DNA of 64,000 nt from Phoronis australis (taxonomy: Eukaryota > Animalia > Phoronida). This document shows, piece by piece, positions 1 to 13,260 of the stretch. The notes under the pieces are model-generated. The model did not search any database. It was not told the origin of the DNA and was given only the letters and a program-made list of their open reading frames with translations. Numbering within the stretch: position 1 is the stretch's first letter; every line of letters begins with the position of its first letter. The stretch spans positions 297,065 through 361,064 of the forward strand of contig NMRA01000348.1 of assembly GCA_002633005.1 (NCBI GenBank). Reading direction: 5' to 3'. A program made the position numbers and the translations under genes.

Positions 1-1240
1 ATTTGTGGGTGGCAGTGACCTAAGAATAGGGTTTACGGGACTGCCAAACCATTGAGCACATGATTTGTAATCTTCACGAAGTAAACTTGTATGATTTCCA
101 ATGTTTTCATGAAGTTTACTTATCAGTCGCAAAACGGATTAATGCACACCAATACAAACAACAATTTTCGATTTCAAAGTGTTTTACTAAAAAGCAACAT
201 TATATATAAAAATCAGCTTGTCACATCTTTGTTTTTCATCTTTTGTTGTCAGCAAGATTGATTTTGACCCCTGCTACCTAACTGACAGCCCCACAAATCT
301 CAAAATATTGTAAGTCTTGACCCATGCTGGCGTACTTATCAGAGTGTTATTAGGCTTGAAGACAGCAGAATGGAACACGGTGGATTCCGTTTCCCATTTT
401 CTTAATGTAATCTAATTCCTCAGTATACTCATCTCCAAAATTTAATTCTTGACATCTCAACACGATTTCCAAGGCATATGATATCCCACAATGCAAAACC
501 AAGTAAGCGCATTCACCATTGGTCAGTCCTTCATAAAGTAAGAGCAATTGACCAATCACGAAAGGGATATTCCATATGCAATTGCATGATACACGTCTGG
601 TGCTCACAGTGTTCTCAACAGAAAATTCAAACTCAAATGGAATTACCAAGTTTATGTGGGGGTTTGAAAGTCCATGTCCAGACTGTGGAGAGTTTGTATG
701 TTAAGTGTTGGAATAAATGCACTGAGCTGGTAATATAAGTAAAAAATGTCTTAACTAGTTTAAAAAATGACTTATCTCTAAAAACTTCAACTTTTTGCAT
801 AGGATTTCTAACTTGACACAACTAAACCAAGCCTGTCATGATAAAATTCAAATTTGACGCAATGACGAGTCAAAACAGTTTGTGGAGAACACTGCTTACT
901 GGTCGCATCTACCATTTTCGATCTGGTGCTTAGAAACACTGACAATTTTAAAAACGTTTTAACTTTCATTGATTTTTTGAAGAGAATTATATCCTAAAAA
1001 TCAAGATTTAATCGGCAACATAAAATCTGTACACAGCATATGGACACTTGGCAGCCCTACTTTGAATGATTTGGCTCAATGTACATGTATGACTTAAGCA
1101 TTGACCTCCAGCAGCAGTATTCAAGTGGCTAACACACTCAATAGTAAGCCTCCAGCCAACAAGCTTTTTCTACTCTGGGATAATCAGTTTTTCTCATCCA
1201 TAGGTAGGGGTCTAACCATTAGCAGCCTAGCTCAACTTAC

Positions 1241-4200
1241 ATTTGACACGACATTTCCTGTTTGAACACAGATGTGTCAATGAACGCATTACACAGGATC
1301 AGAGAGTGTATTCGAGGGGAGTTTGCCGTGTACTCTGCGAATACTTGCGCCAAGTAACCACCAAGTGAGGCTCCGAACAAATGGATCTAGCAAGAGAAGG
1401 GTACAGTGAATTTATACAGACGTTTAATTTTGAGTTTTCACGATCCAATCACGAATGTAAATCACTTCAAGGGATTTCATCTACGACGCTCTATGACGCT
1501 ACTGCCCTTTATCAAATGAATTGTGGGATGTTGGGTCACGACGTGCCAGAAGACTTCAAGACAACTAGAAGCCTGGGCTGTGTTCAGTAGTTGGTGTGAT
1601 CGCTTCACTTGTACTCTATGGCGTTTTCTCAAGAAGCCTTATGCAATCTTTCATTTTTGCGACTTTCATTTGTCTATGGAATGCCGACCTGTTTTAGGAG
1701 GTTATAAAAAATTTCATGCAAAAGATTTGCTAAAAATTTGTAGGTATTCACTTCATACATGTTGAGGCTCACTTTCCCTTTTTATTTTTTTGTTTGGCTG
1801 TTTAGTCCTATTAACACCAAAAGTAGTTGCGTTGGTCTCATGTTTTCAATTGTGATGAAGTTACAAGTGTTGTTTCCCATCACAATTTCATAAGGCACCA
1901 GTGCATGACAATGTTAAAAACGACTTCAGCGCCATTGATGAAATGAGCAACTTTACTCAACATGTATTTCACAAATTATTCCCTTTCAAACTAAATTGAT
2001 TTTTTTTCTTTCAAATTCAGAACAGAAAAGATAATAAAACAGTCTATTTTCTAATAATATTAGGTTTTGGCCAAAAAACAAGTATGAAGTGGAAAACAAA
2101 AATCACCCCATAGCGCAGCATGAAAACGACATACAGGCTCGCAATGCTGAGAGTTCACTCAATAGGAATGATGCATACAGTCTAGAGTTGTGGTAGAGTA
2201 TCTAGTAGACCGATATTGTGTCATGCACTGAGATGTGAACTTTCTGCTTGATATTTTGTTTTCTGTCTACTACTGTACTTGAGGATGATGTTTGATTATC
2301 ATGGAAATGTCATTTTCATGCTGCACTCTAGCATGATTTTTGTTTTCCACGTCTTAATTCTATGTTCTAAGCATGATAATTAGACCACACTGATTGTATG
2401 AAATAAAGCTCACCTTGTCAGCATGAAGATAATCCAAAAATCTTCTAAAACCTTCACACCACTCAGGAAGACTCCAATAGACAGGATATTCTACCTTTAA
2501 GGAAGAAAAAAAACAAGACTACTAAAAAAACTACGACATCTCTTCAGTTTTATAACACATTTAAAATATCAATTGGAAATCAACAGAATTCTGATCCTGT
2601 TGCACAACAGAGCAAAGCAAATGTAACTGGACAAAATGACTCGTAATTCCCGGTGATGGCAGCTGAACAAAGGCGTACGTCCCTCCCAGTGTGAAGGTGA
2701 CTGTGTGCAACCTTACATCCCATGTCAGTGCAATGGGAGGCAGAAAACGTATGTCATGCAGTCTCCCAGAAGTCCTATAAAGTCTGTGAAGTGAAAACCA
2801 GCTCAAGGACAAACAAGTCTCATAAAAACTTCCATCTTTAAAACTAGGTGACGTCACAAGTGGTGTTCAGAAATTATAATCGATAACTGACTTGCTTTTA
2901 CTCCATTCTTGACCACATTGCTGTCCATTTCAACTGAGCATGACACAGGACCATACATCAGTTGGAAACTTTGTTTAGCCCATTTTAAAAACTTACAGAG
3001 ATAACCCTGTAACCGACAGCAGATAGGGACAAAATCTGTTTGAAGAAGACATCTGCTGTGCCACTAGCAGGCGGGAGGAATATCAGCGGACAACGAACAG
3101 AGCGAGGTCCGGCATCATAATACGTCCATGCCTTCTCGCCATCTTCATCCACAATAGTCTACACATGAAAGTAACACAAATCATGAATATTTTTGAGGAA
3201 AATGTCCATAAAACATTAGTCATTTCAGTTTAACATTGAAATCAAAAACTCTGCACTCTTAACTCATTCCTCCGTGATCCCACCACATGGTGTGACTGTT
3301 TGTTTTCACTCAAGACCTGATGCCATCTGGAGGCGATATCTAAACAATGTATCTCACAGGCAGATCATGCCTTCAGGAGGGATAGATGGCAGCAACGTAT
3401 TGGTTTAAGTTTAAATGTATCTAGGCTATTTCCAGTTTCCTGTCCAATAAGGATTGAGACACCAGACTATGTATTAACTTGTTGGTTCTGAAGTTAATGT
3501 CTATTGCTTGTTCTTTCTGGATTTTAGATCCATTTCTTCACAAGCAAATTATCAATTCAAGGAAAAACCAGGAAGCATGTTAACTTTGTAGTGGCTGTTG
3601 TGGTAACTTTTGAAAGGTTATAGAGATATTTGTTTGATATGAAGACTAGAATGAAGATAACTGCCCTGAAATGGAGCCTAATTGGTATTACATAACAGTG
3701 CTGTCACCACTTAATCATCTGCTAGGGTGCTCCGGTTTATTTTATTTGAACTGACCAGAAACAATAACAAAATGTTCAGTTACTACTCTGTGACTAGCAC
3801 TGTGCACACACTCACTTGAAATTGCTGCCTTGATATTATACGGACATCATCTCTGCTGCTCTCTCACAGCAATTTAAGTTTTTATTATGGAGGATAGTGT
3901 GGATACTGATGACACTGGTCACATTTAGATAGACTTCAGTGATTATGGATGTGAAATTGTGGATACTGATGGCACTCAGTGGTCAGATTTAGATACATAT
4001 TTCAGTGATCTAGATTATGATTGGGATATGCCACATGGAAAACTTTCTTGACATGTTTTCTGGAAATTTAAATGAATTATTTGTAAACAAATGTCTTTGT
4101 TTCTGGAAAACAAAAAGTGAAACTATTTGTTGAACCCTTTATCAATATTGAACTTGGATAAATGTTATATCAACATAAAGCTCATTTACTTAAGATGTGT

Positions 4201-4928
4201 TGCTGAAAGTTTGGTAAGTATATGTTTACTAATGACTGAGTGACAAGGTTTTAATCCTATGCAGTGCTTCTGACCTAGTTCTGAGTGAAATACCCTCCGA
4301 CTTCAAGGGGGTAGACATTCCACAGTTCAGCCAGGGCAGTAAGTTGTTTATGCCACATGGTGCTCAGGGTCGAGGAAGTTAATGAGTGCAAAACAAACTT
4401 AACTCTATGCTAACTCAAATGCTATAGGAAGCAGCTTGGATGCATGAAAACCAAGTCTGCACCAGGCTTATCTATTGAACTTGACATTAAACTGGTAATC
4501 ATGCTAACCACACTGCCAGACAGGCAAAATTACATTTCATGGCAAAAGTAGTTGCAGATGCACGGTTAAGGTAAAAATTCCCCAGATTGGGACGCATTAC
4601 GGCAGACTGTGAAATTTCATTTTGTCAAATATCTTAAAAGAAATAACATTTCCGGAAATTTCACTTTGCTTTTAGCATGGTTTCTATGGAGTAGCTATAA
4701 CCAAGCAACACTTTGTGCATTGTCAACAAAGTGGAAAGCCTCTTAAAAATAGAAATGCCGCAATTTTAACAATAATTTTTGCCTCAAATTGAAGAATTTT
4801 TACTTCATCATTGCAAAGTAATTAGACATAAACACCAGTTGGCGTGGCGGACTGACAACCTTTTTCTGTGGTACTGTACTCCTGAAGCTCTGATATTCCT
4901 GCGATGACACTAAGACGGTATCACCCAT
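1241..4928 (-). CDS. SPG21: Maspardin (spastic paraplegia 21 protein, alpha/beta-hydrolase fold); 5' part, 4 coding exons, gene continues beyond the left edge
   Basis: GT-AG exons 4928-4860 ([23 protein letters not shown]), 3158-2997 ([54 protein letters not shown]), 2494-2414 ([27 protein letters not shown]) and 1386-1241 ([43 protein letters not shown]...) splice in frame. They match recalled human maspardin motifs [17 protein letters not shown] and [20 protein letters not shown]. Confidence 0.96.
3883..4018. repeat. Two-copy ~62-bp tandem repeat in an SPG21 intron
   Basis: TGTGGATACTGATG(A/G)CACT...GGTCA(C/G)ATTTAGATA...TTCAGTGAT occurs twice head-to-tail. Confidence 0.75.
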
Positions 4929-5462
4929 TGTACTTTCACATCACCAAAACTTGTAACCTACAATATATCAAAACATCTGCAGACCATAACTCGAGGTATA
5001 ATAACGCAAGTGAATTGCCTGTCATGGCTGCCAGTGTGCTCAGGGTCAACTAGAAAGATGATAGGTGGGCACTTAGTATGTGTTTTCCACAGACCTCTTT
5101 GCAAATGCATGCTCTAAATTTTAAGTTTAGCTTTTAATAAAAGTTGGTATCAACAGCTCCACATATTTGACAAAGCAGACTGCTCAAAGGGAAATAACGT
5201 CAATTGGGGCTTAAACTTTTTCAGACCATCGTAAAGCATCGGCCTTTTTTCATTTAGGCCTTTTGAAATTGACATGCAAATTCAGTGTGACATAGGAGCT
5301 CAATTTGACCATTCAAAGACAAAAACTTGTAGGTTCTAGTGTTTTAGAATTACCACAATCGTCACTGCTTGACACGCTCTTCTACCTCTGTGGGCCATAC
5401 TTGTAACAGCTATCTACTTCCGCCTTAAAGTATTGTCAAGTGATGTGTATTGCTATGAAAGT

Positions 5463-5602
5463 CATGGACGGCGCGGCGCTGGAAAAAGTGGGGGGCTAAA
5501 GCCCCCCCATCCACCCTGTAGACCATGTCCATAGGCAGCGTAGCCCTGAAAAATGTGGGGGCTATACCCCCCCCCCCACCCCCCTATGGTGCACCGCCCA
5601 TG
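5463..5602. mobile_element. 140-bp GC-rich MITE
   Basis: Ends CATGGACGGCGC ... GCACCGCCCATG are imperfect inverted repeats, flanked on both sides by AAAGT (candidate TSD), with internal G- and C-runs. Confidence 0.7.
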
Positions 5603-5985
5603 AAAGTCCAGAGTTGACTTGGCAGAAAGCCACTTGGCTCCAAATGGGAAATGAAGCCACAAATACAAGGAAAAGGGTTGTTGCCAAACAAATGCGAATC
5701 CCATCATTTTAATTACAACTTTTTAAAAGCAAATGGTCGATGCTACCGGCAGGTTTAGCCTCATAACTATTTCATGGATCGAATTGGCGACTTGCAACTC
5801 GTCAATGCGACCTCAGATTTTGTTTGGCGACCTGGCTTTGTCCGTTGTCACGAAGTAGCCGGATTTTTGCTTGTTAAACCAAGTCCTGGCTAGGTAAAGT
5901 CGAGCCCTGCATTTCAGAAACGTTGTGCAACAGATATTGAGTGATACCCTGAATACTTAATAACACATATCATGTATGGTTTTAC

Positions 5986-6051
5986 CTTTTTGCAGTGATT
6001 CTATTTTTCACACAGGATATTTCCGCAAGCACTCGAAGTTAACCCGGAAGT
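5986..6051 (-). promoter_or_regulatory. Probable SPG21 non-coding first exon and promoter with ETS-type CCGGAAGT motif
   Basis: Minus-strand donor AG|GTAAAA at 5986/5985, acceptor at 4958 just upstream of the ATG exon, and CCGGAAGT at 6044-6051 in a locally CpG-richer stretch. Confidence 0.45.
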
Positions 6052-7967
6052 CACAAGAGCAACATATACAACTCCGCATATCGGAGAGCGACGATAAGCC
6101 ACCTGTTGATTGAAATTAAAGCCAATCAGTGCTGGGCTGCCTCCTGGCTCAGTATTCATCGTTTTCCGTACAATGTTATAATACAAATTTAAGTAGAACT
6201 TGGGAAATGTTTCTGCTGCCAGGTCGAACCTTTGAATTTTCTAACGGATTTTTAAGGATCTGAAATTGTTTTTGAAAAGCCTAAAATCTACAGACATTGA
6301 TGATCGATAGCTGGCTTCAGTGAACATCACGGCGTTTCAGTTCTCGTTGCTCCCAGCTTGTTCGATTCTATAGCTCAACAACAATTTGGGGAAGTTTACC
6401 CCTGTAGCCAATAACTTATACGACTGATTAATTCCATTCTGGCATTTACGGTTGGAGGGCCAGCTCTCTTTTGTTCGATAATTGCTCAAATCTCCGATAA
6501 GATCGTATCTACCCTGACTTGGTTGTGCTATTAAAAATAAAAGTTAAAATATAACACATTCGAACCAATAGTGTTAGTGACATTTTTTGATGCTGCTGAT
6601 AATTAGTCTAATTAAAAGCAATGTTATGCAATTTTAGTGACTAGTGTATAATTAATTAAACATATTGGTTGTTTACCAAAATTTGTAACCTCCTATAGGT
6701 GTTCATGGGAAGTGATTCACCACATGTCTGTTACCAGTTGTGGGATGTTTATGATAACAATTGTGCCTTGTTTTGCAAGTTGTGTTACTTAAAGTCTTTG
6801 AAAACCTGTCAGCTTTGGGATGAGGCATTTCCGACAACAACAATAATCTGTTATTTGTCCATCGGAATTACTCAACTCTTGATTGTCCTGCACCATAATT
6901 GGTAATGACTTGGGTTCATTGCTGGAGTCCAGCAGATTGATTCACAGAATTGGTTTGGAACCAGCGACCTTGTTCAGAGAATTGTTTTGGAACTAGATGT
7001 AGCATTTTGGAGGAAGTTTGTGGGGTTTCATGTTTTGAATTATCTCGCCCACTTTTCTTGTGTTCAGTATAAATATTCTGTTAGCTACTCTAGAATTCAT
7101 ATTGCTTGGAGAGAGGCTGCTGCATGCTTCAAAAATATCACAGATACCCAGCGTTGGTAAGAGACAACTTTGTTTCTTGATGTTTTACTATAAACTTTGA
7201 CTTTAGAAACAACTATTCTCAGTTTCGGTTCTTTGATTATTTGATTAACTCATAGAAATTGTTGTAACTACAAGTTTCTGCTAACTATTGTTTGCCAAAT
7301 TGTGAGTTGATATAATATTATTAGACATGCAATTTTCTGTATTTTAGTATGATGTATTTGGTACCTCAATTTGTATTAGATATTGTATTATCTTTATTAA
7401 TTGTTTCAGGTTTAACCGTATCTCACCGTATTGAATATCGTATTATTACTCGAATCACATCATAAATAAAGTTTTATGAGCCAATGTTACGGTATTATTA
7501 TTATACGCGTGTAAACCGCTGGGTCAACAACAACAACAAGAGAGACAATATATCTAATGTGCGTGCGACTGTACGCTACAAATAGCATTTCTGAAATCTT
7601 CTTCAAATGGTGATCATGCTTAGTTTTCGAATCGCCCAACTGGAACCGAAGTTACGACAATGTATTCTTTCCGAATACACCAATTCACTGACTGTGTTCA
7701 GTCACACGTGGTCTGAAATAAGCCTCACTGGTAGATAATTGGCCTGCTTAATTGTTGTCGTAACAGACAAAAGATTGTGCTTGACTGTTAACAAAGAAGC
7801 AAGATGTTATCACACGCTCAGAACCCCCTACGTCTGGTAAAGTCACTGAACGTGACAACGCTGTCATAAGGCTAAATGTATGACCATTCACCGATCTGCC
7901 ACGGAGACGACTGCCAAGATATTAGTGCCTATCCTTACAGCCCCTGAGTTTGACGGGACATACATGT

Positions 7968-8060
7968 AGGCCGCGCAGCACTGAAATAAAGTGGGGGACT
8001 CAGTATAGTCCTATACCCGCTCCCACCCTGGCCCCCTGTAGTAGACCAGGTGCGCTGCCT
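7968..8060. mobile_element. Short MITE-like element related to the 5463-5602 element
   Basis: TAGGCCGCGCA ... TGCGCTGCCTG imperfect TIRs. Internal CTGAAATAAAGTGGGGG resembles CTGGAAAAAGTGGGGGG and CTGAAAAATGTGGGGG in the 5463 element. Confidence 0.5.
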
Positions 8061-9325
8061 GCAATGCGGGATATTCTTTCAAACCTCCAAATAGTGGCAA
8101 AGTAATGTGCCTGATGTCTTTGACACGGAAATCACGTGGACGAACTTGGCGGTACAGGTAGTGTGGCTGCGGGCCATTCGTCGATCGCCGAACTTAGGCA
8201 CTCAGTTGAAACCCCGGAATGCCGCAGTCACATCACTAGACACACGTTACCTACTAAGGTTGCTCTCAAATGATTCGTCCCTGTACATATCAATTCATAG
8301 GAGACAACTCTTCCTGATTGCACGAGGACACTGTGTCTGTAGACCTACGTGTACTGGATCGGCTCACGGAGGTGGTCAATTTGCCATGTTTCAAAAACAA
8401 CTCAGTTATTTGTTTGCGATAAAGGCAAATACACCAAAACATAACACAAATGTTTCAGTGCTAAGCCACTGAGGCAAGCTGACTATGATTTGAATCGAAG
8501 CTAAAGACGCCCGAACACGTCGGCACGCTCACAGGGATGTCAGTGACCGTTTGACATAAGAAAAGTACATGAGGTAAGCTGAGATCAAAGCGAAGGACAT
8601 AGCTTATCAACAGGTACTGTAGGGTTCTCAAATTCGACATAATCGCCTAGCTAATACAAGTTCAAATGAATTTTCTCGTAATGTTTGCCGATATCTCACA
8701 AAGACATGTGAATGCTCTTGTAAGTTTTCGAGATTCCTGCGTCTGACGCCGCCGGGGAGACAACCCCGCGCTCGTCCTCAAAAGTTTCAGCCATGAAGAC
8801 AATGCGATCATCGGGACCTACAGTAGCTACGTACTGAACTATAGTATAAGCCGGGCTATAATTAACCAAAAATAATATTCGTCATATTTGAATACGTATC
8901 GCGTGCAAACGTCTAGCCCTTGATTTGTCACCACTATTCCCTGTAACCAGTAAACTACAGTGGGTCATTTGGGTGATTGTGTCGCCTTAAAACTGATACG
9001 CACGTTACGAACGTTAAACAAAAAGTGTCACGCGCTACGCGAGCAGGCAGCGACTGAATGTTACCGAGTATTTATCTTATATGTTGTTGACTTGAAAACA
9101 TGCTTTTTCAAAGCAAACTGAATCAGATTTTTAAGTCCAAGAAAACAATGTTTACGAAATGTAAAGCTGTAATGCTCCATGGGTCCCAACTTGTCTCAGG
9201 CTGGCAAGGGATGACGTAGTCTTTCGGTATCAGCTGGCGTTCTCTTTTTCCGTGAAACTGGATACGATTGAACATAACGCCCAACTCTGGGCTACCCTTA
9301 GTATTTATATCTGTATTTTAGTTAA

Positions 9326-10146
9326 GGGTCCCCTCACGGGATTCTCAATATTGACCCTCTTTTCCTGTTTTTGTGACATCCCTTTTCACTTTCCAGCGTT
9401 AAGGAGAGTGAACCCGTTATCGAATCATTTGTTTCTCTTTTTCGTGATATTGGCTTTTATAATAGAGTATCGGGGCAGCATGTCTTTCACATCAAAGACA
9501 TATTTTAAATGTTTCTTATACATGAGAGTACGGGTTTTAGTCTAACATGAGGTGAATATGATGATTTTGGATCAATATTTGGTGCTCATGTGCAGTGAAT
9601 ATTAGCAGAAAGTGTTTCATTTGTGGCTGTGCATAAGAAAACATGGAAGGCCGGCGTGAAGCAGTTGCCCTGTCTTTTCCACCCCAGTAAACAGCACGGT
9701 CACGTGATGCAAGTGGGTTAAGGTAGAAAACATGCAAAATAATTGGTCGTGAAAACCGCAGAATATTCTCATGAACCGTCATCAATGTGATTTCCTACGA
9801 AACCAGCAAAGCTGACGTCGATACCAAATATTTCAAACAAATATTTTCCCTTAAGTTGCCTAATGGAATGTGGATATAGGCCTACATGTTTATACTCATT
9901 GGATTGAAACGACACGGCAGTCGCACTCGTTTCTGACACAAAGGACTCTCCGGTAACTGACCACGAGAATGACATCGGCATCCTTGTCTTTGTAACATGT
10001 TGCTCGTTAGCAATTTCCGTTCACGCTGCCGTTGTTTATTACACTCAGCCCATGCGTGTTGTGTAAGAATACGTGTACGTGACATTAATCGTCACGTGAC
10101 CGTGTGGAACTAAAGACCGCAAGCGAAGTAGACGGTAAGCTTACCC
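9326..10146. mobile_element. Possible TTAA-flanked non-autonomous DNA transposon (Kolobok-like ends)
   Basis: TTAA|GGGT at the left and ACCC|TTAA at the right, with only short imperfect inverted similarity beyond that. Confidence 0.4.
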
Positions 10147-12294
10147 TTAAATTTAAGACCTGTATTAGCTACCAGGGACGTTGCTTTTTATGCAACGTGT
10201 GTAGAGGATTAATGGTGACGAAAAAGCATTAAAACAAAACGTTTCTTGGTTACCAGTTTATTTTAACAAAGAAAACATGATATTCGAGCAAAGTCTACAC
10301 TCTTTTAAGCCTAAAAAAGCTTGGCTGAAACATGATCTTTAAAAATGCGATGATTTGCAGATTTTGTGACACTGAACACTTTGCGCTTCACCATGTAAGG
10401 GTATAGTGCGCATGTGCAAAGTACAAGGATATTAACTTATGCGGCTGAGCGTTCTGTAAAACTGATATAGCAGGCAAATGTGGCAGGTAAGCCCATGTAT
10501 ATTCAACTTTGTCACAGAAGCTCAAGAATATTACATTTTCTGACAAGCTTATACGACTAGCTGCATGGAACTCTTACTTTCACCGGTTTCTTCAACAGAA
10601 TGACTATACGTGCAGGGATCATTTTAGAAAAAAATATCTTGGTAATTGCCTCAAGTATACGGGTCATCTTTGAGGATCTATGGGCCATTTTAATTTTTGT
10701 CCTTTTCAGTTCCAATTATAATGGGATTTGGTGCCTCGAGTTAAGCAACCACAGAGCCTAAATTAACATTTTTTTTCGCCAAATGATGGAGAGCGCTCCT
10801 AAAATTACCCCTGTACACGTCGGCTAGATGTGTAACAAAACTAGATCATAAAAGATACACCCTTACACACAAGTACCAGAACTTGAATATTACAAAAATA
10901 CAAAAATGAAAACAACACACACACGTCTTGGACATTCTGGTTCGAATAAAATTGTGCGGAGTATGCCCACTTAGGTCTAACGCTCAGAATGTCATAAATT
11001 GCTATTAACAAATATTCAAAAATATATTAAAGTATCTCGATTAATACTATAATACCATACCTCACCCAGTCGTTGATTTATAACGCAGTGAGCAATGAGG
11101 CACTTAAAAGTAATTTGCCTTTAAAAAGCGAACAGTAGCAATAGTTAGGAACTGATGAAGGAAGGGCCTTCATTATTTGTTTGGGTTTTAGTGCCCATTC
11201 ATGTCGAAGAAAAAACAATGCAGGTACACTTTTTAAAGTAGGAAATATATGTCTAAGTTGCTCACTGTTCGACAAAACAATTTGACACAAAACTTGTGCC
11301 ATCAAAAATACGAGAATCATTTTCCTGAACAACGGGGATAAGCGACGTCAGTCTTGAAAGGAGTACAGTTTTGCACTCAACTCTCGTTTCATTCAACATC
11401 ACTACTCGAAGTTTGCCTTTCGACGCGTAAAATCTAAAATGGTGTGAGATGGACTCATTGGATGGACTTGATTGACTTCCGCCATGTGAGCCGACAAAGA
11501 CATCTGATTGGCCCGTAAGCCAGACTCGTGATCAAGAAACAACCAATTGTCTTCACCGGTTGGGCCTATGTAACCAATGGAACCAATCAAGTGCAGCAAT
11601 TGCCAAGCGTCACTTCTTACCCAGCACGAGGACAACGGTAAGTGTTTTACCACTTCCAACAGCGCGTTGGTTAAGACAAAAATTCAGATCTTCATGTTTA
11701 GCTTTTGATGACCTTTTTAAGATTAATACAAAAGCGTAAAAGTGAAAAACATAGAGTCCTCAGGCACAGGACCAAAGATATTACCTCTCCCTTCTATCGG
11801 ATCTTTGCTGGTCTTTGTCACACAGATATATAACTATCAACAGAAAACTTAAATAAGACATTAAGAACTAGCCTCTAATTCTCTGGATAAATGCTGTCAC
11901 CTCAGTAGCGTTCTTACTGCCCAATCTCCATCAAAATTACACACGAGTAAACATCTCGCGGACGTTATCAACGACCGGTCATGACTGATGAAGACTGCTA
12001 ATCGTAAAGAACTTTCACGGGTTTCAACAATATAGCCGAGACGATATAGGATATCATAGGGTGCAAAAGTCAGACGTCGGTGATTTTAAAATGGAATGTT
12101 GGGGTCCGTGTTTTGCTTACACCATTAGTGCAGCGTAGGTACCCCAGCACCCCAATCCCACGAATGTACTGCAACAGAGTTCCAAAGTGCACTGGATCTA
12201 ACATATTAAACGGACATTTACTGACAAACAGAAAAAATATATCAAACTAAATTTTGAAAACTCTAGGACTAGACCTCCTGTTCATGTCGTGTAG

Positions 12295-13260
12295 CTAATC
12301 TTGATGGCCAGAGTGACTGGTTGCCATGACGCGTCCTACAAAAACAAACCACATGTTTAGCATGAGGTCATTGTGGAGATTTGGACATTGTGGTATGACA
12401 TTGAAGTGCCAAATTTAGGAATAAAAGTAAGTAGGGGAATCTAAGCGCCACAAAGTGGGTGGAGTGTGACAATACATTGTACTTTTGGTCTCTCATTTTT
12501 CACATTACTCGACTCTTCCGTAAACGGTATGAGGTGATTTACCTTTTCCAGAACTATTGCTCTTAAGCGACGTTTGTGATCTATTGTCCACTGCCGTCTC
12601 ATTTATCGTGTTATAAGCCGCCGGCTCGTCAGCTGAAACAATGCAGACCACAATAAACGGAGAACAATGTAATGAGGATTGACATATCGAAAAGGTGGCG
12701 AATCCAATGTGTAATTAAGTGGACATTTCAAAGCAAAAATGTCAGCGTGGCATCTAGTAGGACACGTCGAATGCCTTGTTTTAGTCGAGTTCAGCTGGGG
12801 CCGGGTCCCCTTCCCTCCCTAAACCGACCTATGCAAAGTAGGTAAAGTCACGTGATATCAGGTTTTGATTTACCACGGTTTCGATTCAAAGCATTAGTTG
12901 CTCACATTCACGGTTCATGGTCGGGAAAAGGGCTGCACCATGGTAGAGGTTTCGTTTAGATTTCCACAAAACAAAATGTCCATATATTTATCTCCAACTT
13001 GTACTCGTTCGTAAATACCACGTTACACCATAAACGAATACCGTGCGTGTATTTCCTACCTGTCTGAGGTTCCATAGCAGTTTCTTGAAGGCTCTGTCGG
13101 GATCTGTCGTCCATTGAAGAGCTTCCAACGCGTTTGTTCTTCTTCAACTTAGAGCACACAACGATAGCAATCACTACAGTCAGGATTAGGACAAGAACGC
13201 CACCTACGGCCGCACCGATGATTATTCCTATGTGCACGCCGGCGGGAGCCTTGGTTGCCA
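12295..13260 (-). CDS. Large gene exons encoding the single transmembrane helix and cytoplasmic tail
   Basis: IGIIIGAAVGGVLVLILTVVIAIVVC followed by basic stop-transfer SKLKKNKR; tail ends GRVMATSHSGHQD*. Confidence 0.9.

Noticed and set aside
350-821. ORFs at the left edge as further SPG21 exons or a separate gene
   Set aside because: No match to the expected next maspardin segment (FWLMP...FMVDR) and no recognisable protein motif.
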